From contig OZ024746.1 in the NCBI GenBank assembly GCA_964016885.1, positions 35,464,001 to 35,528,000 of the forward strand: a stretch of DNA of 64,000 nt, read 5' to 3'. The notes under the pieces were generated by a model. It was not told where the DNA came from, did no database searches, and worked only from the letters and a program-made list of their open reading frames with translations. This DNA is from Eledone cirrhosa (Eukaryota). Below are positions 1-12,695 of the stretch, in pieces. The translations under genes and the position numbers were made by a program. How positions within the stretch are numbered: the stretch's first letter is position 1; the number at the start of each line of letters is the position of its first letter.

Positions 1-243
1 GAGACAACAACACACGCACACACACACACAGTAACATTTAACAAGCAGGCAGAGAATGGACTGACAGCTAGCGCCATCCCACTCCCTCATTCGGCCGTTG
101 ACTTCTGTACGACCGACCCCATTTCACGCGCACGCGCGCTCGACCGAATACCTCAGATATTCAAATCAACAAACAGCGAAAGACGCGTTCCGAATTGTCC
201 GACAGACAACCTTTTCCCCCACCCCGGAAAAAAACCCCAGTTG

Positions 244-290
244 ATGGATGTGAATCCGAAATATATAGGGACTATTAAATCTCTCCCAAG
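244..290 (+). CDS. Putative first coding exon of an unidentified host gene (MDVNPKYIGTIKSLP...), with possible 5' UTR from about position 1
   Basis: ATG at 244 is open to AAG|GTAACT, a good splice donor at 290/291. Region 60-230 is CpG-rich relative to the window. No downstream exon was identified and the peptide was not recognised. Confidence 0.4.
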
Positions 291-559
291 GTAACTCTCT
301 CTCTTGTGTTGTTATTAGTATTTTTACCCTTTCACTCTTCCCTTCATTCTACACATCTCACACATCTTATACACACCACGCATCTCAACGTACATCCACT
401 TACATATCTCTCTCTCCTCCACCGGACCCTGTTACCCGCAGATTTACCCATTTAAATTGTCGAGGCTTCCAAACGACTTATAAATATTTACTTATTGTTC
501 CACAATGCTTCAAGCAAACTTCAATACTCTCTTATTTATATATATATATATACACTCAA

Positions 560-594
<35 letters not shown>

Positions 595-686
595 TATATA
601 CAAATGTATATAAATATATACAAATGTATATAAATATATACAAATATATATATATATATATATATGCATATATATATATATATATA

Positions 687-761
687 ACGAAGGAAGTTTG
701 GTAAGGAACCAGATGGACCATAACGCACTAGAGTACTCAATAATTAGGTGTCTTGAACATT

Positions 762-765
<4 letters not shown>
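687..765 (-). mobile_element. Isolated 3' tail fragment of the element family at 1808-2019
   Basis: AACGAAGGAAGTTTGGTAAGGAACCAGATGGACCATAACGCACTAGAGTACTCAATAATTAGG closely matches 1808-1870; (TA)n on both sides. Confidence 0.7.
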
Positions 766-842
<77 letters not shown>

Positions 843-858
843 TTACATATATATATAT

Positions 859-893
<35 letters not shown>

Positions 894-895
<2 letters not shown>

Positions 896-1411
896 TCGTT
901 TCTGAATTTGAAAAGACGCAATGTTTAAATAATTCACAGAGGCAATAAACATAAATGAATTCCAACTAAAATTAAATAGAAAACATGAATGGAACAGCAA
1001 CATCGCAACATTCAATTACGGACAAAATGAAAACACACACGCACATAGAACAAACGACCAACCGGTAACATGTAAATAAATAAATAAATAAACAAATATA
1101 AACACACACAGACACCCGGATGTAACACATGCGCAAACTAAGAACACAACACACACAAAAACAAGATGGCGTAGGACAGAACAAAGGAGAGGCACACAAA
1201 CAAAGAAAATAATCCCCAGTCACCGAAGAGGTCACATAACGTGTGACGAAAGAACTTTGACAATATATAAACAATCATCTGGTTGTGGAACCAACCAACC
1301 AACCAACCGAAAATTTATTAATTCCTAAATTTATCAATTTATTATAATAAATTGAAGTGATATCAACTGGTACGTGTGTTTCTTATTGGCAACATGACCC
1401 TCCCAAAGTAT

Positions 1412-1418
<7 letters not shown>
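894..1418 (+). mobile_element. PLE terminal-repeat remnant, family A, with HHR
   Basis: 1168-1418 is homologous to 34101-34350. 894-910 is the reverse complement of the family end at about 34392-34408. Embedded in (TA)n. Confidence 0.7.
1219..1261 (+). ncRNA. Minimal type I hammerhead ribozyme (U4C variant)
   Basis: GTCA-CCGAAGA-G-GTCACAT/AAC/GTGTGAC-GAAA-GAAC-TT-TGAC; stem I GTCA/TGAC. Confidence 0.7.
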
Positions 1419-1491
<73 letters not shown>

Positions 1492-1495
<4 letters not shown>

Positions 1496-1757
1496 AATGT
1501 AATCGGAGCTTTTCGAATATTAATAATAACATTCGATTCGTTTTTTTGCAATTGTGCAAACATCCTCAATTTTATAGCCATGTCAGTAGAATGAACACTT
1601 TATTCTCGCTCTTGTGTTCGCATGCCAACACAAGAGCAAGAATGAAGTGTTCATTCTACTGACATGGCTATAAAATTGCAAACGAATCAAATATTATTAT
1701 TAATATTCGAAAAACTCAGATTACATTTATTGTATTCAGCCATGTAGAGCGAAATTT

Positions 1758-1763
<6 letters not shown>
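1492..1763 (+). mobile_element. Fold-back 5'-truncated PLE insertion, family B
   Basis: Arms about 1492-1618 and 1626-1731 around GCATGC, then unpaired tail 1732-1763. Same sequence as 8310-9292; (TA)n on both sides. Confidence 0.8.
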
Positions 1764-2129
<366 letters not shown>

Positions 2130-2443
2130 ACAGGTCTGTATGTGTCATACCGATCTCTATATATACATTGTTTATATAGATTCACAAAACGTTAGTACAT
2201 CGACACGTAAAATTGTCAAATATATATATTTCACAGTAAACTGAAAAAAAATAAGCAAAAAAATACCTTGATAAATACCTTGAATCGTCTGTGGTACCTA
2301 GACAGAAATTATATATATCTTCTCAAATACCACAATGAAATAGTTCACTGAAGGGCATATATGCTCTGTCACCTCTATTAGTGTCCTGACAAGGGCGGTC
2401 TCATTTGTATTATTGCTCATATTGGTAGTCAATTACGTTATAT

Positions 2444-2889
2444 GGACATGGACTTTTAGTCCTGCCTATGGCCAGCAAAACCATGCACTACAAGAAATGT
2501 TATATATCAACCGATGCCTGTGTTTAACGCTTTTTTAAGTGAGGAAAGTCTTTGCACGGGCCCAAACCCATTCTCTGATTATGAAATTAGGTTATATATC
2601 AAGTAGTGCGTTAGACATCCGAGGAACATGATAAAGTAATATGGACATATATACAGGTTAAACGTGGCCGAGAGATACATACGTACATACATGATGATGG
2701 CTGCAATTCGATTTCGAGTAATGCCATCGCTTGATGCTTCAGCATGAGCCTCACGGACATGGACTTTTAGTCCTGCCTATGGCCAGCAAAATCATGCACT
2801 ACAAGAAATGTTACATATCGACCGATTCCTGTGCTTAACGCTTTTTTAAGTGAGGAAATGCTTTACACGGGGCCAATCACATTCTCTGA
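2444..2889. repeat. Direct repeat of about 135 bp with 311-bp period
   Basis: GGACATGGACTTTTAGTCCTGCCTATGGCCAGC...CATTCTCTGA at 2444-2578 and 2755-2889. Confidence 0.9.
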
Positions 2890-3069
2890 ACATGGAATGC
2901 ATTAAAAAAGAACTGGTCTACATCAGTAGATGCAAACGAAGTCACAGGGCAACATCAGAGCCACCTTCTCATAGATAGATGTCTGAATGAAGACTAGGAG
3001 TCTCTCGCTCAAAAATAAAAACAACAACTTTATTCGATGCCCGTTGACTCTCCTGAGTTCGTTCGCCCT

Positions 3070-3183
<114 letters not shown>

Positions 3184-3860
3184 ATGGTTTTATCAATACT
3201 TAAAATCATTTTAGATCCATAAATATTGATATGTATTTAATTTACATTTTTTGATGTCATAAGTAATGTAGGGACAATGTGTGTGAAATACCGCAGCAGA
3301 AGAAAATGATTTTAAATAGTTGAAATAAAATTTTCAAGAAAACACATTCACGAGTTGATATCTAGTAATTCCTATTTACTAAGTTTAAAATCCCAACCTA
3401 AACCCCGCCATCTATTCTTCAGCTGTATTCTAATGTTCAACCCCAAATTCACCAGGGAAGTATTCTTCAATTCAAAGAGACCATATTTAACATGAAATTC
3501 TACATACCAGTTGCTGACATAGCATACTGTACAAAAAACGTTGTGTATTTGAACTGTTACATGAATAACTGTCTCATAATATTAGGGCTATGTGACAGTC
3601 TTATAATAACGCTAGAAATAGCAGCCAAGGGATCGTTTGGCATCTAAACAAATCAAGAGCAGCTTATAAATAATTAAATATTAATTAGTCTTTAATACTT
3701 AAACATCTCAATGAATGGATAATATATATATATATACGTGCGTGTGTGTGTATAGACACATACATATAGATACAGATGTTTATTTATTTTATATAGAAAT
3801 GTAGAAATGACTTTTACAGGACTAGAAATGTTTCCATCATATGAAATCACACTGAATGGG

Positions 3861-3934
<74 letters not shown>

Positions 3935-3940
<6 letters not shown>

Positions 3941-4340
3941 TAAAAAAACGAAAAATCATTGATGCATCTACACTCAGTTTATTGCGTGTTACAATTGTTT
4001 CGCCGGCAGGTAGCTCGAGACATGATTACTGTATGGATCTGGCTGATTCTATATGGATCTGGCTGCAGGTTCCTTCGGACACATGCAATTCATTCGGAGC
4101 AAATTTTCTCCGAAAGAATTGCATGTGTCCGAAGGAACCTGCTAACGTAGAATCAGCCAGATCCATACAGTGATCATGTCTCGAGGTACCTGCCGGCGAA
4201 ACAATTGTAACACGCAATAAACTGAATCCAGATGCATCACTGATTTTTCGTTTTTTTATACTATTCACACCTCTGCTCTGTAAGAATATTGAGTGCTAAT
4301 TTTGGCATACCGCCTATGGAAGCTCAATAGTACCATTATA
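3935..4340 (+). mobile_element. Fold-back PLE remnant with extended-stem-II HHR and 3' tail
   Basis: Near-perfect palindrome 3935-4264 centred near 4103. Tail 4265-4340 contains AATATTGAGTGCT. (TA)n on both sides. Confidence 0.8.
4125..4213 (+). ncRNA. Hammerhead-like motif with long stem II insertion and variant core
   Basis: GTGT-CCGAAGGA-(about 60 nt)-GAAA-CAATTG-TA-ACAC followed by AATAAA; similar to 56702-56792. Confidence 0.5.
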
Positions 4341-4343
4341 CAC

Positions 4344-4409
<66 letters not shown>

Positions 4410-5321
4410 ATATATATATATGTATTTATATATACCTTTAGAATTTATCGTTGACGTATTTGTATGAAATTAACCCGTGTGAATTCGAGCAAGCCCTATC
4501 AAAACTATATGATACACGAAATGGCTTCATTGTCCGAGAGTGGTAATTAATATTTCTATTTTGAAACGTTCGTGAACACAATGCATAGACAAAGTGTAGA
4601 GTCCAGAGAGAAAATAACAAGCAATACTCTGGAAAAACATTATGTAGAAAAAGAAGGAAACATTTGAAGCTATTATGATCTTACAATCTTATGTATTTCT
4701 CTGGATATTATAGCGTTCGATTTTGTAATTTCATTGTTCTACTGACAAATAGGTAATATCTATCTAATTATGTCACTAAGTGATATATCAATTCTTTAAT
4801 TATTAGACAAACATTATGAATATAAAATAATTCAATAGGAGTTGGATTTAAATTATACAGATTTATAGTTCATAAATCGATATAAATGTTAAACAATATA
4901 AACTACAAAGAACTCATAAACAATCGTTAATCAATACAATTTCTAATGATTGAATATAATCGATTTATAGTACAAGAATATTGCCGAGACATTCACTTAA
5001 TATTATTTATTAGTTTTGCTTTAAGTATTACTAATTTAGTTGTTTCCTCTTGTTAAGATTTAAAAATACACACTTTTCGAAAACGACTGAGATGGTGGAG
5101 GATATAGACGTAAGAGTGCCGAACTTCAGCGAACAGTAGCCGATTTGACAAATTTGAAATTCTCTTTCTGTGTAATTATTCATTAATTTATTGCTTTTAA
5201 AAATACATTTTTGCACTTACTGAGAAATTTATGTTCTTAGTTAAATATCTAAGTTTCCGCATAATAATTATTATTTATTCATTACAATCTTAATTTTTAA
5301 ATTTACACATGTTTTGTTTTA

Positions 5322-5364
<43 letters not shown>

Positions 5365-5553
5365 AATAGAATAACTATTGTTGTTTGCCTGTTTATAGAT
5401 TAGTTATATTTCGAGTATTTTGTTACAGAAGTGGGAATTCATAAAGCCGACTTACTGTATTCCCTTTGTTGAAAGTTGTGGATGATTCCACGAGTATTTA
5501 CTTGCAAATAGATTTGCTCATGGTCCCTCGGAAATCTCCTCGGGTGTCAAATT

Positions 5554-6160
5554 TTCTTCTTCTTCTTCTTCTTCTTCTTCTTCTTCTTGGGGATCGTGGA
5601 GGCAGAGTCCTCAAACACTCCCTCCAGTGGGTCATGTCAAAAGGAACCGTTTCCAACTGATCTGGCTGGAACCCCAACCGAGACCAGCCCAGCCCAGCTC
5701 ATGGATGTTATCCAATCATCATGCTCGAGGCCCAGTCGGGGTTCTCCTGCTGGTTGGTTTTTGCCTGTAAAATCTTTCTAGCGATTCTTCCTAACCACAT
5801 TCCCATAGTATCAGAGCTGTGATCACTCGATTTGGAAAAGTAGTGACCCTACCTGGAGCGAATCTCTGATCTCTGACCTACACACTCTATCGAATGACGT
5901 TACTCGAAATACACTTTGGAGGAACCCCATTTCGGCCACTTGTATTCGCGATCGTATTCTTTCGGTCATTACACATGATACACGACCATAGGTACGGGTT
6001 AGCACGGATATCGAATTGAAGATATTAAGTTCGGCTTATACAGCTACCGAATGCTGCATTAATTGCACCAGCTCCTGCAATTATTGAACTTAATTAAATC
6101 TCCTGCCTTCCACCACTCTTGAACACGGCCCCAAGATACTTGAACGTCTCCACCTACTTC
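5554..6160 (-). mobile_element. Degenerate RTE-clade LINE 3' end with (GAA)n tail
   Basis: Minus-strand peptides VETFKYLG and MTERIRSRIQVAEMGFLQSVFRVTSFDRVCRSEIRDSLQV match the RTE RT C-terminus. (CTT)n at 5554-5588 is the tail. Confidence 0.8.
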
Positions 6161-6382
6161 AGATGATTGTAGTTTATCAATTGATTGTAGTTCCTGGCGT
6201 AAATTGGGTTGTACTATCGTTTATTAGGATGCTTGTGTTATGTGTTACCTGTTGTTGCTGTTGCTCTCGTTGTTGTTCTTATGGTGGTAGTGGTGTTAGT
6301 GGTGGAAGTGGCGCCGGCAAAGTTGGTGCTGGAGTTTTATTAGATTTTTCGTTTATTGATTCCTCCTTTTAGAGTAGTGCTG

Positions 6383-6728
6383 GCAGAGCGTCGGACAAAA
6401 TGCTTTACGACATAGAGTTATGATCCTTTACTTTCTGAGTTGAAAACTGGCCGAGGTTATCTTAGCCTTTCATCCTTACGGGAATGATAAAATCAAGTAC
6501 CAGTAACGCACTGGGGTCGAATTAATCGACTTTCCTCTCTCCAAAATTGTTGGCCTTGTTCCTATATCAGAAACCAACGCCATGCTTTGACGCATAGAGT
6601 TACGGCCCTTGCCATTCTGAGTTCAAATCCCGCCGAGGTTAACTTTGCCTTTCATCCTTATGGGGTCGATAAAATAAAGTACCAGTAATACACTGGGTAA
6701 TTGCTGGCCTTGTGCCAAAAGTAGAAAC
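6383..6728 (+). mobile_element. Two tandem tRNA-derived SINE copies (family 1)
   Basis: GAGTTCAAATCCCGCCGAGGTTAACTTTGCCTTTCATCCTTA...GTCGATAAAATAAAGTACCAGT...GGCCTTGTGCC...AGAAAC, recurring about 10 times in the window. Confidence 0.85.
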
Positions 6729-8161
6729 ACTTATTTCATCCTATCAGTTTTGTATGGGCAGGAAGTTTTCTCTTATCCTTTCTTTATCTACTCTCCATTG
6801 ATTTTAAGAAAGTCTCTCAATTCCCATTCATGTTTCGATCCACACAGGTAATATCCGGGAATTCTGAATTGGCGAAGACCATGTCCTGATATTTTGGGTT
6901 TTTGTTTGGGAAATTCTGTTGTTGGTGTTGTGGGTGTTACTGTTGCTGCGGATGATACTGTTCTTGTGGTTGCTGCGGACTTTGATGCTGCTGCTGATCC
7001 TGATGTTATTGTAGGCATGTGTGCGGCTGCTTATGTTCTCAGTTGTTACATAGAAGTTGCAATATGTGTGGTTGTCGAAACTCGGCGATTTACCCCTCGT
7101 TCAGTTAGTCATTTCCTGCCATATTTCAGCTAAATATGAGGACCAGACAGACCGTTTCATTTTTCATGTCAGTCACTGTCGATACCTCGGCTGTCCTCGC
7201 TCACCGAACTGCCCTTTTCCTGCATAAAAACAAGAGGGTTGCATCCCGTTTGATGCTCAGTGAAATAGAATGGCTGATATACCGGGTGTCACCGGCTAAT
7301 ATTCATGGCCATATCTTCTTCATTTCGACCGCATTATGCAACTGAGACATACTGCATATACTGAGGTGAGGAATCTGCTGCTGCTCATTCGCTATTAATT
7401 TATTCTTTTCTCATATTTTCGCTCTTGTTTTGTACTAAACTGTAACTATACTATTGTATTTAAAATATAACAAAACATAATCGGAAAACAACAGCAAAAG
7501 CACAGAAATCAACGACGTCAACACTACCGTGATCATTCACAGCTGCAGCAAATATAGGAGCACATCTACAACCACCACAAACATTTACAATAAAACAACA
7601 CAAAAAAGCAACAACAATTACGGCGAATACAACAACAAAACGCCAAGTAAATACCATCACTATCTCTAACACCACCACAACAACAACAACAACAACAACA
7701 AAAACAATGACAATAACACCTACAATAACTGCAATAAAACTAACGCCAACTTCCACTCAAATAACAAAAACAAAGGCAACTAAATATTACAACATAATCG
7801 GCTGCTCCACCTCAATAGCAAAAACAATAACAACATCAAGAACACCAGCGACGACAATAACAACCAACAATAACACCTACTACACCTCAAACAACAACAA
7901 CAACAACATCAGCAATGTTTGCATTCAATCCGAGTCTGATTCACTCGGCTCTTAATTGATATTTCTTCTTAACTAGATTCATTATAAACCAATCAGAAAT
8001 CCGCCAGATGGGATTTCCGGTTACACAGTAAGATAGACAACTGAAAGACACACTTGTTACGTTGGGCTTTAACATGATTGCTCAGCTATTAATTAACAAA
8101 ATGGACAATTTATAGTTTTCAGTGCTTTCTTTCTTTGTATTTCTATATATATATATATGTG

Positions 8162-8269
<108 letters not shown>

Positions 8270-8478
8270 TATATACATTTATATACATATACAAATATAC
8301 ATATATATAAAAAGAAAATTTCGCTCTACATGGCTGAATACAATAAATGTAATCTGAGTTTCTCGAATATTAATAATAACATTCGATTCGTTTGGAATTA
8401 TGCAGACACGCCTCAATTTTATAGCCATGTCAATAGAATGAACTCTTTATTCTTGTCTCTTGTGTTGGCATGCGAACA

Positions 8479-8528
8479 GAACTGCAGACATATATGTTTC
8501 TGAGCATCACCCTTCATCAGTACAGCTC
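8479..8528 (-). ncRNA. Type I hammerhead ribozyme
   Basis: GAGCTGTA-CTGATGA-AGGGTGATGCTCA-GAAA-CATATATG-TC-TGCAGTTC; 8-bp stem I with G-U pairs, palindromic stem III, GUC triplet. Confidence 0.85.
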
Positions 8529-8916
8529 ACTGTTCACCTGCCAAATTGTAAGAGCTAGTGAAAATATATGCTATTTTCAAAAATACACAGTTACTGATCG
8601 GCCTGATTTGCATATTAGCAGACTGCCTGATCAGTCAGATCTAAATATTAGCAGATCCACTGATCAGCCATATTTGCATATCAGCAGACTTGCCACTCAA
8701 TTTCCTGTATACAATCGATAAATGGCCGGCTTTGCCACATTCAAATACAAAAGAAAATTTCGCTCTACATGGCTGAATACAATAAATGGAATCTGAGTTT
8801 TTCGAATATTAATAATAAGATTCGATTCATTTGCAATTATGCAAACAAGCCTCAATTTTATAGCCATATCAGTAGAATGAACACTTCATTCTTGCTCTTA
8901 TGTTGGCATGCGAACA

Positions 8917-8966
8917 GAACTGCAGGCATATATGTTTCTGGGTATCCCCCTTCATCAGTACATCTC
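8917..8966 (-). ncRNA. Type I hammerhead, second tandem copy with mutated cleavage triplet
   Basis: GAGATGTA-CTGATGA-AGGGGGATACCCA-GAAA-CATATATG-CC-TGCAGTTC. Confidence 0.7.
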
Positions 8967-9307
8967 ACCGTTCACCTGCTAAACTGTCAGAGCTAGTGAA
9001 AATATATGCTATTTTCAAAAATACACAGTGACTGATCGGCCTGATTTGCATATTAGCAGACTGGCTGATCAGTTAGATCTGCATATTAGCAGATTCACTG
9101 ATCAGCCAGATTTGCATATCAGCAGACTGGCCAGAAACATTAGTGTCTGCAGTTCTGTTCGCATGGCAACACAAGAGCAAGAATGACGTGTTCATTCTAC
9201 TGACATGGCTATACAATTGAGGTTTGTTTGCATAATTGAAAACGAATCGAATGTTATTATTAATATTCGAAAAACTCAGATTACATTTATTTTATATATA
9301 TATATAT

Positions 9308-9362
<55 letters not shown>

Positions 9363-11341
9363 TACATTATACAGACAGACAGACAGACACACACACACAA
9401 ACACACACATATATATACACATACATTTATATATAATGGATATTTAATGTCTACTGTTATACAGAAACTGCGTAATTTATCGGCTCTCAGCTTGAAACAT
9501 GTCGTTCTCCTCCATACACATTTTAGGGCGGGTTAAGATTTGGGATATATGGATGATGTCTGAGGTAGAGATTTGGGGGCGACGCCTTAGCTCTAACATG
9601 GATATTTAGTTCATGATAGGCTCGGTCTTTACAAATGTAATTTTAACGAGTTTGGAATCCAACGGTATTGTCCACTAGACGTTTTGTGCATGTTGACTTT
9701 ATTTTCCGTGTGCATTGTTTATACATAGGGAGTTCGAGGTTTGCTTGTTCACATTAGTTCATAGCTTTTGACTTGATGCTGTGAGAATTCCTTTGTTTTC
9801 ACACCCTGAAAACTACCGCCGAATCTTCGACCAAAATAACCTTCCTCTTTTGAGAACCGTCACGTGAGGACACAGGCAGGATTACTACTATAGGTAAAAT
9901 GCCTCTGTCATCAGATTGTATTGCATGTACATTATGCAATTGTTATGTAACATGCAGATGTCCCAGAAACCTATCTGGGATTTTTAGTTATCGTTTATAT
10001 CGATTCTAACCAACAAAATAACACAAACCACATTTCATACACTCTACACAAAACAACGAATAATGAGATACCATGAAACACAAGTCAAATTATATAACAA
10101 AACCAAACCGATACAAGTATACTAACATCCTCACTATTCACTAACACAATAAACATTAAAAACACACAATGTTACATTAATGATTAAACTGTCAAAGTAC
10201 AATGATCTTTAAATTTAAATTTACAAGATGTGTGACATGAAAGTACAAACGGTGCTATTAACATTCGGAACACTGCATAGCATAAAAAAAGTATGAAATT
10301 GAATATATGTTATATAAGAGTTCACAAACCTACATACTATACTAAATGTAGATCTACTAGGAACATCGCACGTCTTGGGCAATACATTATTAACCGAATA
10401 GCATAGCTTCAAATGGAGAAGCTTAACTCACAACATACACCCTATACAATAAACATTCAAGAAGATAACACTGTACTAATCACACAAAATATATTCTTCA
10501 AGATTAACACCAAATGAACTAACCGAAGTCACAACACGTACATCATAGGCGACGGTACAAACAATAAAATTATAAAAGATAATCCAAGGAAATCTTCATA
10601 ATAAAACAAACCTAATGCAGTTCACTAAGAGTGGTGACTATAACACACCGCTACCAGACAAAACAAATTGAGAACACATTGCTGCGCGCATTTCAGGAAC
10701 ATTTCGTGCACCATGTGATGCAGGAGAGACACCAATAAAACAACCGAATAGATTATATAACACGAGGTTACACATATCTCAATCCTATAAGTTACACATA
10801 TATATGAAAAACTGAGTAAACGTCTATATTTTCGCTAATCCTGTCAGAAATAGCATGATAAAAATCTTTTAAATAATAATTTAGCATTAGTCATTGCTTC
10901 GTTTCAAAGATGTAGATGTTGGACAATGCTATCCTACATATATTATATCAGCAAACTAAAAATACGATAGGGTAGTAACCAGAATGACTAAAGATATAAG
11001 CTTAGGCATAACAGCAATACTAATACAGCGCACATATATATACTCACATAGGTTAATACATACTCACATGTGTTTACACCAGACATTATCTTTAAACAAG
11101 TGTGATGGTGAAATATATAATTCTGAATATTCAAAATGTTTAATTAATCTATTTCATAGGTGAAAAGAATACGAAGTGACGTATGTATATGTTGGTCGGG
11201 GATTAGAGAGATATCCATCTCCTATCTCTCGTTCTGGCTTCCTTACACTGCTTTCTCTCACATATTCAATACGAAAGAATATGGTATAGCTGTAAATATA
11301 TTCAGATAGTCACTCAGTCACATTAATGCACACATTCATTA

Positions 11342-11452
11342 TCAAATCCCGCCGAGGTTGACTTTGCCTTTCATCCTTCGGGGTCGATAAAATAAAGTAC
11401 CAGTAATGTACTGGTGAAAATTGCTGGCCTTGTGCCTAAAGTAGAAACAATT
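11342..11452 (+). mobile_element. 5'-truncated SINE family 1
   Basis: TCAAATCCCGCCGAGGTTGACTTTGCC...GTAGAAACAATT. Confidence 0.85.
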
Positions 11453-11471
11453 ATATATATATATATATATA

Positions 11472-12138
11472 TAAATGTAAGTATGTATACGTACATACAC
11501 ATATTTATACAGACGTACAGTAGTATGTATATATATACATACATGCACACATATATATATGCACGTATCGGTTTACCGAACATTTATTATAATGCTCGGT
11601 TTGTTTGTTTGTAAACAAACAAACAGACCGAATTACGCCGAACAGTGTTTAGGCAACCACGTCACCTTTTTCTTCAACACTAACACAAGAACGATGTGAG
11701 AAATGAAATTTCGTTTCATTCTATTCCATTTATCATTTTCGGTGGGCCCGGCCGACTGAACTCACTCGATATGCAAATTAGGCTGCTCAGCCGTTAATAT
11801 GCATAAGGAAAGTATATACTTTCAGACGTTCAACCATCTGGCAGGAAGGTATACGATGCTGACGATAGCTAATAAGCTTGAAACAAAAAGGTGACGTGGT
11901 TGCCTAAACACTGTGCGGCGTAATCCGGGCTGTTTGTTTGTTTGTTTACAAACAAACAAACCGAGCATTATAATAAATGTTCGGTAAACCGATACGTGCA
12001 TATATATATGTGTGCATGTATGTATATATATATACATAGTACTGTACGTCTGTATACATATATGTATGTACGTATACATACATACATACTTACATTTAAG
12101 TAAGTGCCGTACTAAGAGTGAGAAATGAAATTTCGTTT

Positions 12139-12145
<7 letters not shown>
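11472..12145 (+). mobile_element. Fold-back/partial-tandem PLE-like insertion with HHR-like motif
   Basis: Inverted arms about 11472-11670 and 11886-12098. Tail GTGAGAAATGAAATTTCGTTTCATTCTAT occurs at both 11696 and 12118. CTGACGA-T-AGCT/AATA/AGCT-T-GAAA at 11859-11883 with weak stem I. Confidence 0.7.
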
Positions 12146-12172
<27 letters not shown>

Positions 12173-12209
12173 GTATATATATAATATTTATATATATATT
12201 CATATATAT

Positions 12210-12254
<45 letters not shown>

Positions 12255-12271
12255 TATATATATATTCATAT

Positions 12272-12400
<129 letters not shown>

Positions 12401-12549
12401 CTGTGTGTGTGTGTATGTAAGTATGTTTTGAAACAGTGGGCAGGTTTGAAATTAGAAAATAGAATAGCTTTCACTGTATTTTCGACTAAAGAAATTTTAG
12501 ACTGATAATGGGTTTTAGAACCCTCAGATAAATGGAAAAAGATGAGTAT

Positions 12550-12620
12550 TGACGTACATGGGAGTCGAACCCACATCTTTGGTTATCCAGACCACTGTGC
12601 TACCACTACACCAACACATC
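12550..12620 (-). pseudogene. tRNA-like sequence (SINE head or tRNA pseudogene)
   Basis: A box TGGTGTAGTGG, B box GGTTCGACTCC, cloverleaf-like fold with loop CTGGATA, several G-U acceptor pairs, oligo-T about 12 nt downstream. Confidence 0.7.
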
Positions 12621-12624
12621 ACAT

Positions 12625-12695
12625 AATGTGTTGGTGTAATGGTAGGACAGTGGTCTGGATAACCAAAGATGTGGGTTCGACTCCCATGTACGTCA
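12625..12695 (+). pseudogene. tRNA-like sequence, mirror copy
   Basis: TGGTGTAATGGTAG...GTGGGTTCGACTCCCAT; reverse complement of 12550-12620 with a few substitutions. Confidence 0.65.

Larger units (their letters stand above)
8310..9292 (-). mobile_element. PLE family B: two tandem about 438-bp terminal repeats plus an inverted partial copy
   Basis: Units start at 8310 and 8749. 9145-9292 is the reverse complement of part of the unit. One HHR per unit; flanked by (TA)n. Confidence 0.85.

Noticed and set aside
12550-12695. Functional tRNA-Ser(GGA) genes
   Set aside because: No long variable arm, U at position 37, an anticodon-stem mismatch and many G-U acceptor pairs.
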